Below, piece by piece: positions 12,789 through 25,329 of a stretch of DNA of 64,000 bases. The DNA is from Eledone cirrhosa (lineage: Eukaryota). The notes beneath the pieces are model-generated. The model did not search any database. It was not told where the DNA came from and saw nothing but the letters and a program-made list of their open reading frames with translations. Where the stretch lies: NCBI GenBank assembly GCA_964016885.1, contig OZ024742.1, forward strand, positions 285,820,001 through 285,884,000. The letters are read 5' to 3'. The position numbers were made by a program, and so were the translations under genes. Position 1 is the first letter of the stretch. Each line of letters begins with the position of its first letter.

Positions 12789-13175
12789 TTATTTCCATAC
12801 TATAAGGCTGCCAGCCTTACTGAAAGTAAATATTTCGCTTCCTGTCCAACGCATGCGGTCAAGCCGTTAAAATGACACACACGCAAAATCAGGTCGCAGA
12901 TAATAGCTGTTTATTATAAACGTGTTGATACTGCCACTAAAATTAGTAGCATTATTCAACGTTTTGTTCTCTACATAAGGAGAAAAATTATAAAAGTGGA
13001 TGAATACCTCAACAGGCACTAAGTACTTGTAGAAATATGCAAGGTGTTTATAATATTTGTGGTTCGATGGTACTAATTTGAGATACCAGAACAATATAAA
13101 AAGAGCGGAGCAAGCGGTTATCAAACAATTTCCTAAATAAATTAAAAAACGATTTAAATAATCACCTGTTCTATT

Positions 13176-13255
13176 GCTGTTACCGACGGTTTCACCATTC
13201 CAAATATTGGAAATCCAGAGAATTTCCAATGGAAAGAAATGGATCTTCAGACAGC
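13176..13255 (-). ncRNA. Type I hammerhead ribozyme (U10.1·U11.1 variant), copy 2
   Basis: Same motif as 12709-12788. Confidence 0.85.
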
Positions 13256-13480
13256 TTATTTCCATACTATAAGGTTGCCAGCCTTACAGAAAGTAAATAT
13301 TTCACTTCCTGCCCAACGCATGCTGTCAAGCCGTTAAAATGACACACACGCAAAATCAGGTCGCAGATAATAGCTGTTTATTATAAACGTGTTGATACTG
13401 CCTCTAAAATTAGTAGCATTATTCAACGTTTTGTTCTCTACATAAGGAGAAAAATTATAATATATATGTATATATATATA

Positions 13481-15347
13481 TTTCGTTTCTGAATTTGTTT
13501 AGCAAGATTCTTTATCTGAAAACGTGTGTTGAAACCGATATTGTTATGCTTTGGGAGGGTCATGTTGCCAATAAGAAACACACGCACCAGTTGTTTTCAC
13601 TTCAATTTATTATAAATTAAATTTATAAATTTAGGAATTTATAAATTTTCGGTTGGTTGGTTGGTTCCACAACCAGGCGATTCTTCATATATTGTCAAAG
13701 TTCTTTCGTCACACATTCTGTGACCTCTTCAGTGACTGGGGATTCTTTGCTTTGTTTTTTTTTTTGTGCCTCTCCTGTGTTCTGTCCTACGCCATCTTGT
13801 TTTTGTGTGTGTTGTGTGCTTAGTTTGCGCATGTGTTACATCCGGGTGTCTGAGTGTGTTTATATTTGTTTATTTACATGTTACTGGTTGGTTGTTTGTT
13901 CTATGTGTGTGTGTGTTTTCATTTTGTCCTTAATTGTAAGTTGTGATGTTGCTGTTCCATTCATGTTTTCTATTTAATTTTGGTTGGAGTTCATTTATGT
14001 TTATTGCCTCTGAGATTTGTCTAAACATTGCGTCTTTTTTGTGTGTAGATTCTATTTTTATTTCTATGTTCTCTAATTTACCCTTATGTTCTATTTTAGC
14101 ATGTTGGTGGAGTACAGATGATTCTTTACTATCTTGAAGCTCTCGCCAGTGTTCATTTATCCGTTCCCCTATATTACGAGCTGTCTCACCTATGTACACT
14201 ATATTCTTATCTCTACATTGTCCTTCAGTACATCTTATGCTATATAGTACATTTCTAGTTTTACGGTTAATATGGGGCTTAGTTTACAGATTATACATTT
14301 CTTATCTATACAGGGAGGTCTTTGAAAAGGGTGTGTATTGTTAATAAGTGTTTTTATGGAGGTACCTGGTCTTGCTACTATCTTAATATTGAGTTTATGT
14401 TTATCTAGGGCCCTTCTAAATTTGTAAGCTAATTCACCTCTAGGGGTTGTATCGATGAACATTACACTCTGGTATTTATTGCTATCATACCATGAGTTTA
14501 TTCTATTAACCTCATTCCTAGTTCTTTCTATTCTATTCCAAAATTTGCTCCTTTACAAGGGGCAGGTCCCATTTGTATCATTATTTACCATTTTTTCCCA
14601 TTTGGTTTTCTGATTTTTTTCTCTCTGATTGTAACCAGAGAACTGCATACGGTGGATGAAGTGTTGTATGTGTCTCTCTAGTTCTTTGGGGTTGCACATG
14701 CGGGACACGTTTCTCATCACCCGTACCAAATCCGCAATCAGTATGTTGATTTTCGTATGGTACGAAACAGCTTGGTTTCGGTGGATCAGATATTTGGAAG
14801 TCATGGGTTTGGCATAATGGGAATGGAGGATTTGTTTTTTGTTATTAATGGTATCTAACCAGAGCTCTGTGTCTAGTACAGGTAATCGATGGTTGGGGTG
14901 TTTGCTTGGGTAGTCTATAGTAACTCTAATACTCTGGTGGATGGAGTTAGCTATTTGCTGGATGCTTTCCATGGTGTTTTTCTCTAATTTCTGACTGTTC
15001 TCTCGTGGGGGTGTTTTTACTACGATGTTTATATCATCAACGTAGCGGGAGTACATTATCAGGGTTAAGAGGTTGCTGTCTTCTAATTGTTCTTTAAATT
15101 TAAGTTTAAGTCTATTGTCCCACCATACCTTGAATAGGTTAGCTATGTCACCTGCAATGCTAACACCAATGGCTGCTCCCTCCTCTTGGGCATATGTTTT
15201 TTCATTAAATTTGAACATATGTTCCTTAAGGGTTAATTTTATACTGGCCGCCACCGCATGTGCAATCATGTTCTTTAGTTCATCGCGGTTTTCGGGGGTC
15301 CGTATGGCTCTGGTCCACCCGTTCCATCTATCTGTGTGGGTTTTCTC
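13481..15347 (-). mobile_element. Penelope-like element, 5'-truncated and frameshifted; same family as 1-1637
   Basis: RT motifs QEEGAAIG and YSRYVDD; ORF pieces 14553-15347, 14235-14462 and 13930-14199 (YIGETARNIGERINEH); 3' repeat with HHR. Confidence 0.9.
13694..13736 (-). ncRNA. Minimal type I hammerhead ribozyme motif
   Basis: GTCA-CTGAAGA-g-GTCAC agaatgt GTGAC-GAAA-gaac-TT-TGAC. Confidence 0.75.
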
Positions 15348-15364
15348 TATATATATACATACAT

Positions 15365-15395
<31 letters not shown>

Positions 15396-15398
15396 CAC

Positions 15399-15445
<47 letters not shown>

Positions 15446-15453
15446 TTAGTACA

Positions 15454-15521
<68 letters not shown>

Positions 15522-15522
15522 A

Positions 15523-15602
15523 TATAGAGTGTTCCCAAAAATGTATACACACTTTGATAAGGATGCTGTTGAAGTGTCTATACATCTTTGGGGACACCCT
15601 GT
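15523..15602. mobile_element. ~80-bp MITE with Tc1/mariner-like terminal inverted repeats
   Basis: agagtgttcccaaaaatgtatacacactt pairs with aagtgtctatacatctttggggacaccctg; half copy at ~16075-16115. Confidence 0.6.
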
Positions 15603-15639
15603 CTGTGTGTATATATATATACTGTATATATATATATAA

Positions 15640-15761
<122 letters not shown>

Positions 15762-16110
15762 ATGTGTATATATATACATGTGTGTGTATATGTGTGTTTT
15801 AATCATTTGTACCAAATCAGTTTTGTCGCATATTTTGTAAGTCGCCTATTTAAGAATATTAAGAAATAATTTGAACTCTTCGCTAAAGTACATATTAATA
15901 TAAAGCAAATAAATAAAACACATTAATATCAATTTAATTCGAGATGTTTGATTAATATATTTCAATATCTAATTAGATATTAAAAGCACACATATTTCTA
16001 CATTGTGACACACTCTTCTAGTAATATAAACGTTACGTTTGTCTTACCTGTATCTTCAAACTATATATATATTAGAATGCTGTTGATGTGTGTATACATT
16101 TTTAGGTAAC

Positions 16111-16197
<87 letters not shown>

Positions 16198-16280
16198 GTA
16201 TGTATATATATACTTATATATATATGCATACATATATATATATACATATATATGTATATATGTATATATATATATATATA

Positions 16281-16535
16281 TTGTTATGCTTATGGAGGCC
16301 ATGTTGCCAATAAGAAACACACGCACCAGTTGCTTTCACTCCAATTTATTATAAATTAAATTTATAAATTTAAGAATTTATAAATTTCTGGATGGTTGGT
16401 TGGTTCCACAACCAGACGATTGTTCATATATTGTCAAAGTTCTTTCGTCACACATTCTGTAACCTCTTCAATGACTGGGGATTCTTTTCTTTGTTTTTGT
16501 GCCTCTCCTTTGTTCTGTCCTAAGCCATCTTGTTT
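16281..16535 (-). mobile_element. Solo PLE terminal-repeat fragment with mutated HHR (16433-16475)
   Basis: Highly similar to ~13540-13803; core reads TTGAAGA without a compensating G8A change. Confidence 0.8.
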
Positions 16536-16574
16536 TGAAATATATTAATCAAACACACAAAAACAAGATGACGT

Positions 16575-16850
16575 TTGAACACAGAATGTAAAGGACCATA
16601 AACTCCATGCTGCAAGGCATGTTGTCAGGTGCTCTACCAATTCTACTGTCAAACTACCGCTCTTATAAAAATAATTGTTTCTACTTTTGGCATAAGGCCA
16701 GCAATTCTCGCAGTGTATTACTGGTACTTTATTTTATCGACCCCGTAAGGATGAAAAGCAAAGTTAACCTCGGCGGGATTTGAACTCAGACCATAAAGGA
16801 CCGTAACTCTATGTTGCAAAGCATGGTGTCCGAATCTCTACCAATACTGT
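16575..16850 (-). mobile_element. tRNA-derived SINE (one partial and one complete copy)
   Basis: Reverse complement of B-box GAGTTCAAATCC and of the family core. Confidence 0.8.
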
Positions 16851-16960
16851 TGTCAGTTGTCTGCTAGGAATCATAGGTATTTGTTCGCGATTCCTAGCAG
16901 ACAACTGATGAGGGATATTTCCCTCTTTCGGCCGTAACTTTTATTTTCATTATACTTAAT

Positions 16961-16997
<37 letters not shown>

Positions 16998-17000
<3 letters not shown>

Positions 17001-17163
17001 CAAGGTTTAGCAAATAAGAAAAAGTTTCAAAATAAATTAAAAAAAATTAACTTTACTTACTACGGTTACCTTTACGGCATCCGTTGCAAAGAAAAACTCT
17101 CGTCAGAAGGATCTTTTCAGTCGGAGAATATAAAATTCCCGAGTTCAATTTACGAACTTTACG

Positions 17164-17165
<2 letters not shown>
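16998..17165 (-). mobile_element. Internally deleted copy of the 482-nt HHR unit
   Basis: Matches 11938-12135 with a deletion removing GAAA and stem III. Confidence 0.75.
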
Positions 17166-17230
<65 letters not shown>

Positions 17231-17254
17231 CATACATATATACATAGATACACA

Positions 17255-17326
<72 letters not shown>

Positions 17327-17352
17327 CATAGATACATAGATACATATATATA

Positions 17353-17774
17353 TGGTGGCTGCCAACTCGTTTTCGAGTACGGCCAGTACTTTATATCCAT
17401 GTAGGAGAACCCCTACCGATGTGCTGAACGAGTGTGACTTTTTAGTCCAGCCAGCGACTTGAAAACTCTGGTACAAACACTACACTTGTGACAAGTACTG
17501 ACATTTAGTGCTGGGCTCATGGTACCATGTGACGACAAGTGCAGAGAGATCTCCAGATACAAAGCAATGCCTGTGCCGTGAAGCTTTTATAGTGAGAAAA
17601 GGCACTGCACAAAGCCAGTCCCACTCTCTTAACCAAGATGATATTTACCAAAAAGAAGAACAAGCCAACATCATTGGATACCATCAGGGTTGCAGGTGTT
17701 ATATCAGAGTTTTCCTTCTCCTAGAATTCTGCTTTGACAAAGGCTAAGGGATCATCTCTCCTGGTGATTTTGGA
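17353..17774 (-). mobile_element. Truncated copy of the ~610-bp non-coding element
   Basis: Reverse complement of ~59608-60030. Confidence 0.85.
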
Positions 17775-17810
17775 TATATATATACATACATACATACATA
17801 TATATATAAA

Positions 17811-17898
<88 letters not shown>

Positions 17899-18204
17899 TT
17901 CAAGTGTAACCAATCTTAAAGAGAGAATGGAGATATGAGAGGAGATAGGAGAGGAGAGATTGGTGAATTAGTTAGAAGCCAAAGCGTAAAGGCATGTGCT
18001 CAATGTGCAATATGCAGAGGAAAGCAGCAGGTGGCTAGGTTCATGCAGAAGTTACGCGCGCAGAGCTGGAAGTATTCATTAGTTAAGCAAAACAAGACCA
18101 CAAATTTCACAAGGAAGACATTATTAAAAGATTGTCACCTTATTTTATTTTGATGTGAGGAATGTAGAGAATAATAATAATAATATTAATATTAATAATA
18201 ATAG

Positions 18205-19420
18205 TAATGTCCTAACCTAGCTAGCCACATCGCATTCAGTAACCATCATAAACTGAGACAGTATAACTCCCACACCGCGGTACCCCCACCCCTATCAAAT
18301 ACACCATGCCACTACACCAATACTTACTCTAGTAGCACACCTCCCCCAACTAATCCTTCTAACACTGGCCAACCGCTTAGGTCAAACTACCCTACTCTCA
18401 CTAACCGCAGAAGCAACTGCAACTGCCGTTACCCTAATGAATGCCCACTAAATGGACACTGCCTGACACCCAACATAGTCTATAGGTGCACGGTTAAAAC
18501 TGCTTCGAATACCAGCTCCTATATCGGGTCTACCTCTAACTATTTTAAGGTACGCTATAACGCGCACTCTTTTTCCTTCCGAGACCCTAACAACGGATGT
18601 TCGACATCTCTAGCTAGGCTCATTAAAAACCTTAAATTAACCAATATTGAACACTCACTAACATGGGTGCAACCGTTCAATGGACGAAGAAAATCTTGTG
18701 ATCTCTGTATTACGGAACCATATTACATAACTCTATCACGACCTCTACTGATTAACGATAGAACGGAGGTAACTATTAGCTGTCAACATCGAAGGGCTAA
18801 TTCCTTCGCCAACAGAATATTTGATCCAACATAGTCATCTAGCCCCATTTTTACTCGTAACTAATAAGTTGAAAGCTATAACTAACTTAGATAATTATAA
18901 GTTACCTCCCCTACATTGTCTCTCAGTTAAAAAATTTAAAAAATTAGCACTTAACTATAAACTACCCACAATTTCTAATCTCTCGAGGAGTTACTTTCCC
19001 TGAAACCACCCTCTAATTAGTAAGGTAAATATGTCCATTGGCAGCCATCTTGTTACCCATAGGCAGATCTCACACAATGCAGCCTCGACAGATGAATACT
19101 GCTTGATTATGGCAGACAATTGATACACCCAGGACACCATAGTGAAATACCAATATATGGAATATTACATTATGTAACATTCTTTCCTTATTTTAATTTA
19201 TATTCCTTTGAAGTTCCGATGCAACCAAGACACCATAGTAAAAACCAATATATGGAACATTATATTATGTAACATTATCTCATTATTTTAATTTATATTC
19301 CTTTGAAGTTCCGAAGAGCCGCCTGTCTTTAAATATGTTAATTATTTTCAACTGAACCAGATCAATAATGATCTATAGTCATTTGATCCAGAAATACTAT
19401 ATGGAGTAGCGAAACAATTG
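18205..19420 (+). mobile_element. PLE 3' fragment (GIY-YIG), related to 1795-4962, nested between the inverted arms of another remnant (18072-18162 / 19616-19707)
   Basis: From 18418: CNCRYPNECPLNGHCLTPNIVYRC...YIGSTSNYFKVRYNAH (no start codon, so missing from the ORF track). The 3' boundary is approximate. Confidence 0.8.
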
Positions 19421-19436
19421 TAAACGGACATTATTA

Positions 19437-19615
19437 TGGTGGATTGGCAGTATCGGTAGGGGGTGGGACGTCATTCTTTACAGCAGAGTTACGTCCCTTA
19501 ATGTTCTGAGTTCAAATCCCGCCAAGGTTAACTTTGCTTTTCATCCTTACGGGGTCGATAAAATAAAGTACCAGTAATACACTGGGATAATTGCTGGCTT
19601 TGTGCCAAAAGTAGA
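19437..19615 (+). mobile_element. tRNA-derived SINE
   Basis: A-box-like TGGCAGTATCGG, B-box GAGTTCAAATCC, core GCTTTTCATCCTTACGGGGTCGATAAAAT (resembles the Deu/Nin core, from recollection). Confidence 0.85.
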
Positions 19616-19872
19616 ATTCCTTACATCAAACTAAAATATGTTGACAATCTTTTAATAATGTCTTCCTTGTGAAATTTGTGGTCTTGTTTTGCTTAACTAA
19701 TGAATATATATATATACGGATTGAATCGTTGTAATTTTCTTATCAACTAAAAACTTTTCGAGCTTTCGCAGTTATATCCCTTACACCTCTCGCACTCATT
19801 CTAGTATTGCCTGTGTGAAGTGACCGGTTTTTGCGCATGCGCGTTCGTCCGGTTGTCTTTCCTGTTCCTATA

Positions 19873-19930
19873 ACCATGCCCATTCCGAGCTGAGGATCCG
19901 CTAAGGTGAAACAATTGTTCTCGGTATGGT
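19873..19930 (+). ncRNA. Type I hammerhead ribozyme (U10.1·U11.1 variant) in a ~300-bp PLE-like remnant (19717-20022)
   Basis: ACCAT..CCGAG-CTGAGGA-T-CC gctaa GG-T-GAAA-CAATTG-TT-CTCGG-t-ATGGT; palindromic stem III. Confidence 0.85.
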
Positions 19931-20018
19931 GAACTAACTGTTGTGTAACCACTTCTACCTAACTCGTCCCATGGACTGAGTGCTCTACCACTACGGATAT
20001 TACCTTCCAGTATTCTAC

Positions 20019-20069
<51 letters not shown>

Positions 20070-20072
<3 letters not shown>

Positions 20073-20776
20073 ATAATAATAAAATTGAAGACTAAAATCC
20101 AGAGAGGGCTCGATAAGGAAAATATATATTAAATATATAAGAACCGAAGAGCAAATATTTATTAAAATAACAGATTAAAATTTAAAATTGAAGACTAAAA
20201 TCCAGAGAGGGCTCGATAAGGAAAATATATATTAAATATATAAGAACCGAAGAGCAAATATTTATTAAAATAACAGATTAAAGTTTAAAATTGAAGACTA
20301 AAATCCAGAGAGGGCTCGATAAGGAAAATATATATTAAATATATAAGAACCGAAGAGCAAATATTTATTAAAATAACAGATTAAAGTTTAAAATTGAAGA
20401 CTAAAATCCAGAGAGGGCTCGATAAGGAAAATATATATTAAATATATAAGAACCGAAGAGCAAATATTTATTAAAATAACAGATTAAAATTTAAAATTGA
20501 AGACTAAAATCCAGAGAGGGCTCGATAAGGAAAATATATATTAAATATATAAGAACCGAAGAGCAAATATTTATTAAAATAACAGATTAAAGTTTAAAAT
20601 TGAAGACTAAAATCCAGAGAGGGCTCGATAAGGAAAATATATATTAAATATATAAGAACCGAAGAGCAAATATTTATTAAAATAACAGATTAAAGTTTAA
20701 AATTGAAGACTAAAATCCAGAGAGGGCTCGATAAGGAAAATATATATTAAATATATAAGAACCGAAGAGCAAATAT
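20070..20776 (-). repeat. Tandem array of a 103-bp unit (6 full plus 1 partial) derived from the 3' end of the PLE at 1795-4962
   Basis: Unit starts at 20081, 20184, 20287, 20390, 20493, 20596, 20699; reverse complement of ~4848-4950. Confidence 0.95.
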
Positions 20777-20790
20777 ATATATATATATAT

Positions 20791-21200
20791 ATCAAAGATA
20801 TTAATAAATGGAAACTATATTTATAAAACCATATTTATTCTATCATATATATTTCAAGGGTAGCAAAACTTTGGTATGCCCTCATCAGTTAAAATACAAC
20901 GTTTGTTTTATAAACATTGACATATCCAGGATTAAAACCTTAACGGTTCAAGTTTCACCGTTAAGGTCTCATTCCTGGATATGTCAATATTTATGAAACA
21001 AACTTTGTTTTTTATCTGGTGAGTGCGTATCAAAGTTTTGGTACCCTTGAAATATATATACTAGAATAAATATGGTTATATAAATATAGTTTCTATTTAT
21101 TAATATCATTGATATTATACTCCAGAAAACTGTCGAGTGCTTCGAATCTGTTATAAATATATTTGTTGAATTACCAACAAATTAATATCCCTTTACTTAT
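20791..21200 (+). mobile_element. PLE terminal-repeat remnant: ~160-bp inverted arms plus tail, HHR cores in both arms
   Basis: Arms 20791-20945 and 20957-21115; CTGATGA...GAAA on minus (20852-20888) and CTGGTGA...GAAA on plus (21016-21052). Confidence 0.7.
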
Positions 21201-21347
21201 ATATATATATTATAATTGGAGCTCTGAAATAGCAATATATATATGGATGTATATATAATGTATTTTGCAATACACTTTATGCTTAATTAAAAGCATTTTG
21301 AAGACCGTAAGCTATTGTTTTAAAGTAGTGACAAATTCACTTACTTT

Positions 21348-21442
21348 GATCTCAGCAAACAGGGGAGATAAGCCGACAAGGCCTTGTTTCGCTTTTGTTG
21401 AAGCTTATCAAGGCTAACTACTCCTTCCTGTCTACCGAGATC
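21348..21442 (-). ncRNA. Type I hammerhead ribozyme, U3-A8 core variant, long stem I
   Basis: GATCTCGGTAGACAGG..GGAG..AGCC-TTGATAA-GCTT caacaa AAGC-GAAA-CAAGGCCTTG-TC-GGCT..CTCCCCTGTTTGCTGAGATC; lies between inverted arms ~21240-21300 and ~21530-21590. Confidence 0.88.
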
Positions 21443-21583
21443 ACTGATGTTATATTCTTATAGAATTCTAGTAAATAATTTCTGCCTGACCAACAACCGC
21501 TCTGTATAATCAGTTCCCGATTATTTACAAAATGCTTTTAATTAAGCATAAAGTGTATTGCAAAATACATTATATATACATCC

Positions 21584-21615
<32 letters not shown>

Positions 21616-22116
21616 AAGGTATCTTCTGTGTTCTGATTCGGAGAGAGATGGGTTCTGCCGGGTATAGAATTCCCAAAACATGTGTTTCGCGATACCGTTC
21701 CTATCAGGAGTTAAGGGCTCTTTTCTTTTTCCTTTCTTTCATAAATACACTGTATTCTTGTTCAACTCTATACTTTGATCTTAGCCAAAAGGCCGACAAG
21801 CGATATTATTTCATTGATTGAGAACAGCGGGGAAAACATATATGACCTCAAATATCTCAGACCAAACCTACCCAATATGCTGCCCCAAATCTGTTTTAGT
21901 GGAGAAGCAGCTTCAGTTAGGCATAGGAAAAAATTTAGCCATTTTCTATTCCAGCTGATCTCACATATTTCAAATACTTTCCAAGGAGCACGCTCACACA
22001 CACGTACACACATAATGTATATATATATATATTCGTGTGTATGTTGTGTGTGTATATATATATATGTATTTATATATATATATATGTATATGTATAACTA
22101 AATAAATATATATATC

Positions 22117-22168
<52 letters not shown>

Positions 22169-22171
<3 letters not shown>

Positions 22172-22362
22172 CGAAGGAAATGTGGTAAGGAACCAGGTGG
22201 ACCATAACGCACCAAAGTACTCAATACTTGAGGTAGTAGAGTGGGTAATAGGAACCAGTAAGACCCCGACAGCTGAGCTCAAGCCGTTTCGACGGCTAAT
22301 TCTGGACGTCCAGAATTAGCCGTCGAAACGGCTTGAGCTCAGCTGTCGGGGTCTTACTGGTT

Positions 22363-22365
<3 letters not shown>
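22169..22365 (-). mobile_element. Palindromic PLE terminal-repeat remnant (HHR 3' half, snap-back inversion, tail)
   Basis: Near-perfect inverted repeat centred at ~22308; same family at 9563-9642, 42966-43158 and 62616-62710; diverged relatives at 6138-6198, 29570-29730 and 25631-26374. Confidence 0.75.
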
Positions 22366-22410
<45 letters not shown>

Positions 22411-23064
22411 CCCCAGCATGGCCTCAGCCGGATGGCTGAAACAGGTAAAAGAGTAAAAGAGTAATATATATATATACATATACATATATGTGTATATGTG
22501 TGTATGTGTATGCGCACAGACGCGTGTGTGTATATATATATATATACAGGCAAACGTTAAACAATGTCAGTTGCCTATCTAATTTATACCTAATTCCGGG
22601 TGTATTTATCGTGAGAACGTCAATCCTTGAAACCTGATCCCTATGAATATACGCAAGATGTGGTTTGTTTGTTTGTTTGTTTGTAATTTTGATTTATTTT
22701 TTCCTTCTTAATTTTATTTTTTTGACAAATGAGGTAAAAAGGGCAAACCAGATTTTTGGGATTGGTTTGTCGTAATGCAGGATTCACCGTTGAAAAATTC
22801 TTGGTATTTTATTGAGAATTTCGGAACCGCTTCTTGTCGTTTTGTGGTGTAGAATATCAGTTAACTGGAGCTGATGGGTTTTACCATAAAATGTAGCAAG
22901 GCGAAAATCATCACGTAGTCCATAGTTATAAATAAACATACGTATTTACGCGACAGTAACAGATATATGTAAACATATACTGTATATGGTATGGTCCTGT
23001 AACTTATGGTGAAGTCGTAGGGGTGCAGTAGTCTATTGCAATACGGTCTTTCTTGGGCATTTTA

Positions 23065-23775
23065 AGCCTAGTTGAGCCCATCTCTTCTCCAGGTCTAAAT
23101 ATAGCAGATTTATTCCAGAGACAGAAAGAGAGTGAAAGAATGGATGTGAGATATAGAGGAAGAATCGGCCCCAGTACTAGACTGGGGCATTTTTATCGAC
23201 ATCGAAAAATTGAAAGGCAAAGTAGACCTCAATGAGAAGAGAGCCGAAACAAATACCGCAAAGCATTCTATCTAGCGTTCAAACTATTCTGTCAATTCAT
23301 CACCTTAAACATATGTATGGATCCGTAGCTCTTGGTCAAGTGCTAGTTTAGTATAGCTCTTGGTCAAGTGCTAGTTTAGTATTGAGATCAATATAATCAA
23401 CTTTCCCTTTCCCCAAAATTACTGGCCTTGAGCCAATGTTAGAAAAAAAAATTACTATTAATTAACTCGGTAGATTGGAAGTATCGGTAGATCATCAGAC
23501 ACCATGCCTTGCATCATAGAGTTATGGCCCTTTACGTTCTGAGTTCAAACCCCACCAAAGTTAGCTTTCCCTTTCATCCTTATGGGGTCGATAAAATAAA
23601 GCACCAGTTATGCTCTGGGGTCGATTTAATCGACTTACCCCTTCCCCAAAATTCCTGGCTTTGTGCCTATAGTAGAAATCATTATTTTGTTATTATGATA
23701 CGTACGAGTCCTGTACTGTATCGATTTCATCGACTTTTCCCGTCTTTGATAAAGATTGCTGGCCTTGTTCCTAAA
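23065..23775. mobile_element. Cluster of tRNA-derived SINE copies and fragments (minus ~23065-23305; plus ~23467-23685)
   Basis: Family B-box and core motifs. Confidence 0.75.
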
Positions 23776-24159
23776 TTAGAAACCATAATTTAATTATAAT
23801 TCTGTTATATTTATATAAATATACACTATTTCTTCCTTCTACTATATCTATCAAACACGAAGCCTTACACCCCTTAACCATTCTCACAAGCCTTAACCAG
23901 ACTTTGACAATGATGTCTTTGACACACACATCCTTAGTACCTCGGCTCATCGATTTTCCCCCTAATATTTGCAATCTTTATAACTTCAATATTTTATTTT
24001 CCAATTTTTTCTTAAAATTTTATTTTATCTTATTGCCATAATATTTTTTATCACTTCTTCAATACCATATTTGTGTCTTTTATCCATTCCGAAATATTTA
24101 CATGCATATTTAAATTTATTCTAAATAAAGATGTTTGCTTTATGACTGAGCGTGAAAAT

Positions 24160-24555
24160 GTCGTTCTTTTTCTTTTTCTTCTTCGCCCACTTGTTCCCAA
24201 GAGGGTCGTGGAGGAAGAGTCCCCAAACACTCCTTGCAGCAGATCCTATCAGAAGCAACCGTACCCAACTGATCCGTCTGGATTCTTAAGCGAGACCAGC
24301 CAAGTTCATGGATGTTATCCAACCATCTTGGTTTTTCCCGTAAAATCTGTCTAGCGATTCTTTCCTGAGACATTCTAACCACATACCCATAGTATCAGAG
24401 CTATGATCTCTCAATTCGGAGAAGTAGCAGCTCTACCTGAAGTAACTCTCTGATCTCCTAACTACGCACTCTATCGAGTAACATTACTCCAAAGACCCTT
24501 GTTGACACGATTTCATATAATCATACAGTGTAGTAGTCTCGATCTTTTTGTAAAC
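24160..24555 (-). mobile_element. Decayed RTE-clade LINE 3' end
   Basis: Minus translation VELLLLRIERS*L*YYGYVVRMSQERIARQIL...RWLDNI resembles RTE/Expander C-termini; GAA-rich tail. Confidence 0.6.
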
Positions 24556-24559
24556 TCGT

Positions 24560-25000
24560 GTGGTCAGTAGAGCATCGGACAATATGCTTTGCAGTATACA
24601 GTTATGGCCGTTTACGGCGTTCTGAGTTCAAATCCCGCCGAAGTTAGATTTGCTTTTCATCCTTACGAGGCCGATAAAATATAAAGTAGCAGTGATGTAC
24701 TGGGGTCGATTTAATCGAATTTTTCCTGTCCCCAAAATTGTTGGCCTTGTGCGTAAATCAGAAACCATTATTATCATTGGTAGATTGGCAGTATCGGTAA
24801 AGTGCCGGGCAACATGCTTTGCGGCATAGGGTTACGTCTCTTTACATACTGAGTTCAAATCTGCCGATGTTAGCTTTGCCCTTCATCCTTACGGGGTCGA
24901 TAAAATAAAACGCCAGTTATGCACTGGGGTCGATTTAATCGACTTTCCCCTCCCTTTCAATTGCTGGCCTTGTGCCTAAAGTAGAAACAATTATTATTAT
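24560..25000 (+). mobile_element. Two tandem tRNA-derived SINEs
   Basis: Two sets of A/B-box plus core, each ending in an (ATT)n tail. Confidence 0.85.
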
Positions 25001-25273
25001 TATTTGCAGTTCACGAAAAAATACTTGTCAAGGAGACTGCAATTGAAGGAAAGGATTCAATACTTGAGGTAGATGTGTGTACATGAAATCATTATTTAAT
25101 TATTATTATTATTATATTACAGGTATTTCAATACTTCGATATATTGGTAAAGGAAAATCAATATAAAGGGTTACAGTTTATATACACCGGAGTTAATAAC
25201 CAATTGTTTTATGTGCAGAATAACTAATATAGCAAATCCTAACAACGCTATATTTATGAATTGTGTGTGATTG

Positions 25274-25329
<56 letters not shown>

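Larger units (their letters stand above)
12628..13460 (-). mobile_element. Head-to-tail ~1.8-mer of a 467-bp ORF-less unit with two HHRs (retrozyme-like)
   Basis: Near-identical direct repeat with offset 467 (12709 versus 13176); (TA)n flanks. Confidence 0.8.

Noticed and set aside
19437-19525. tRNA genes
   Set aside because: A/B boxes belong to multi-copy SINE heads followed by a shared core; no cloverleaf could be supported.
20070-20776. CRISPR array
   Set aside because: Contiguous units with no unique spacers, no cas genes, eukaryotic context; the same applies to the 51-bp array.
21670-21715. Additional hammerhead on the minus strand (CTGATAG...GAAA)
   Set aside because: The core deviates and stems I and II pair poorly; the GAAACAATTGTA motif near 19410 was dropped for the same reason.
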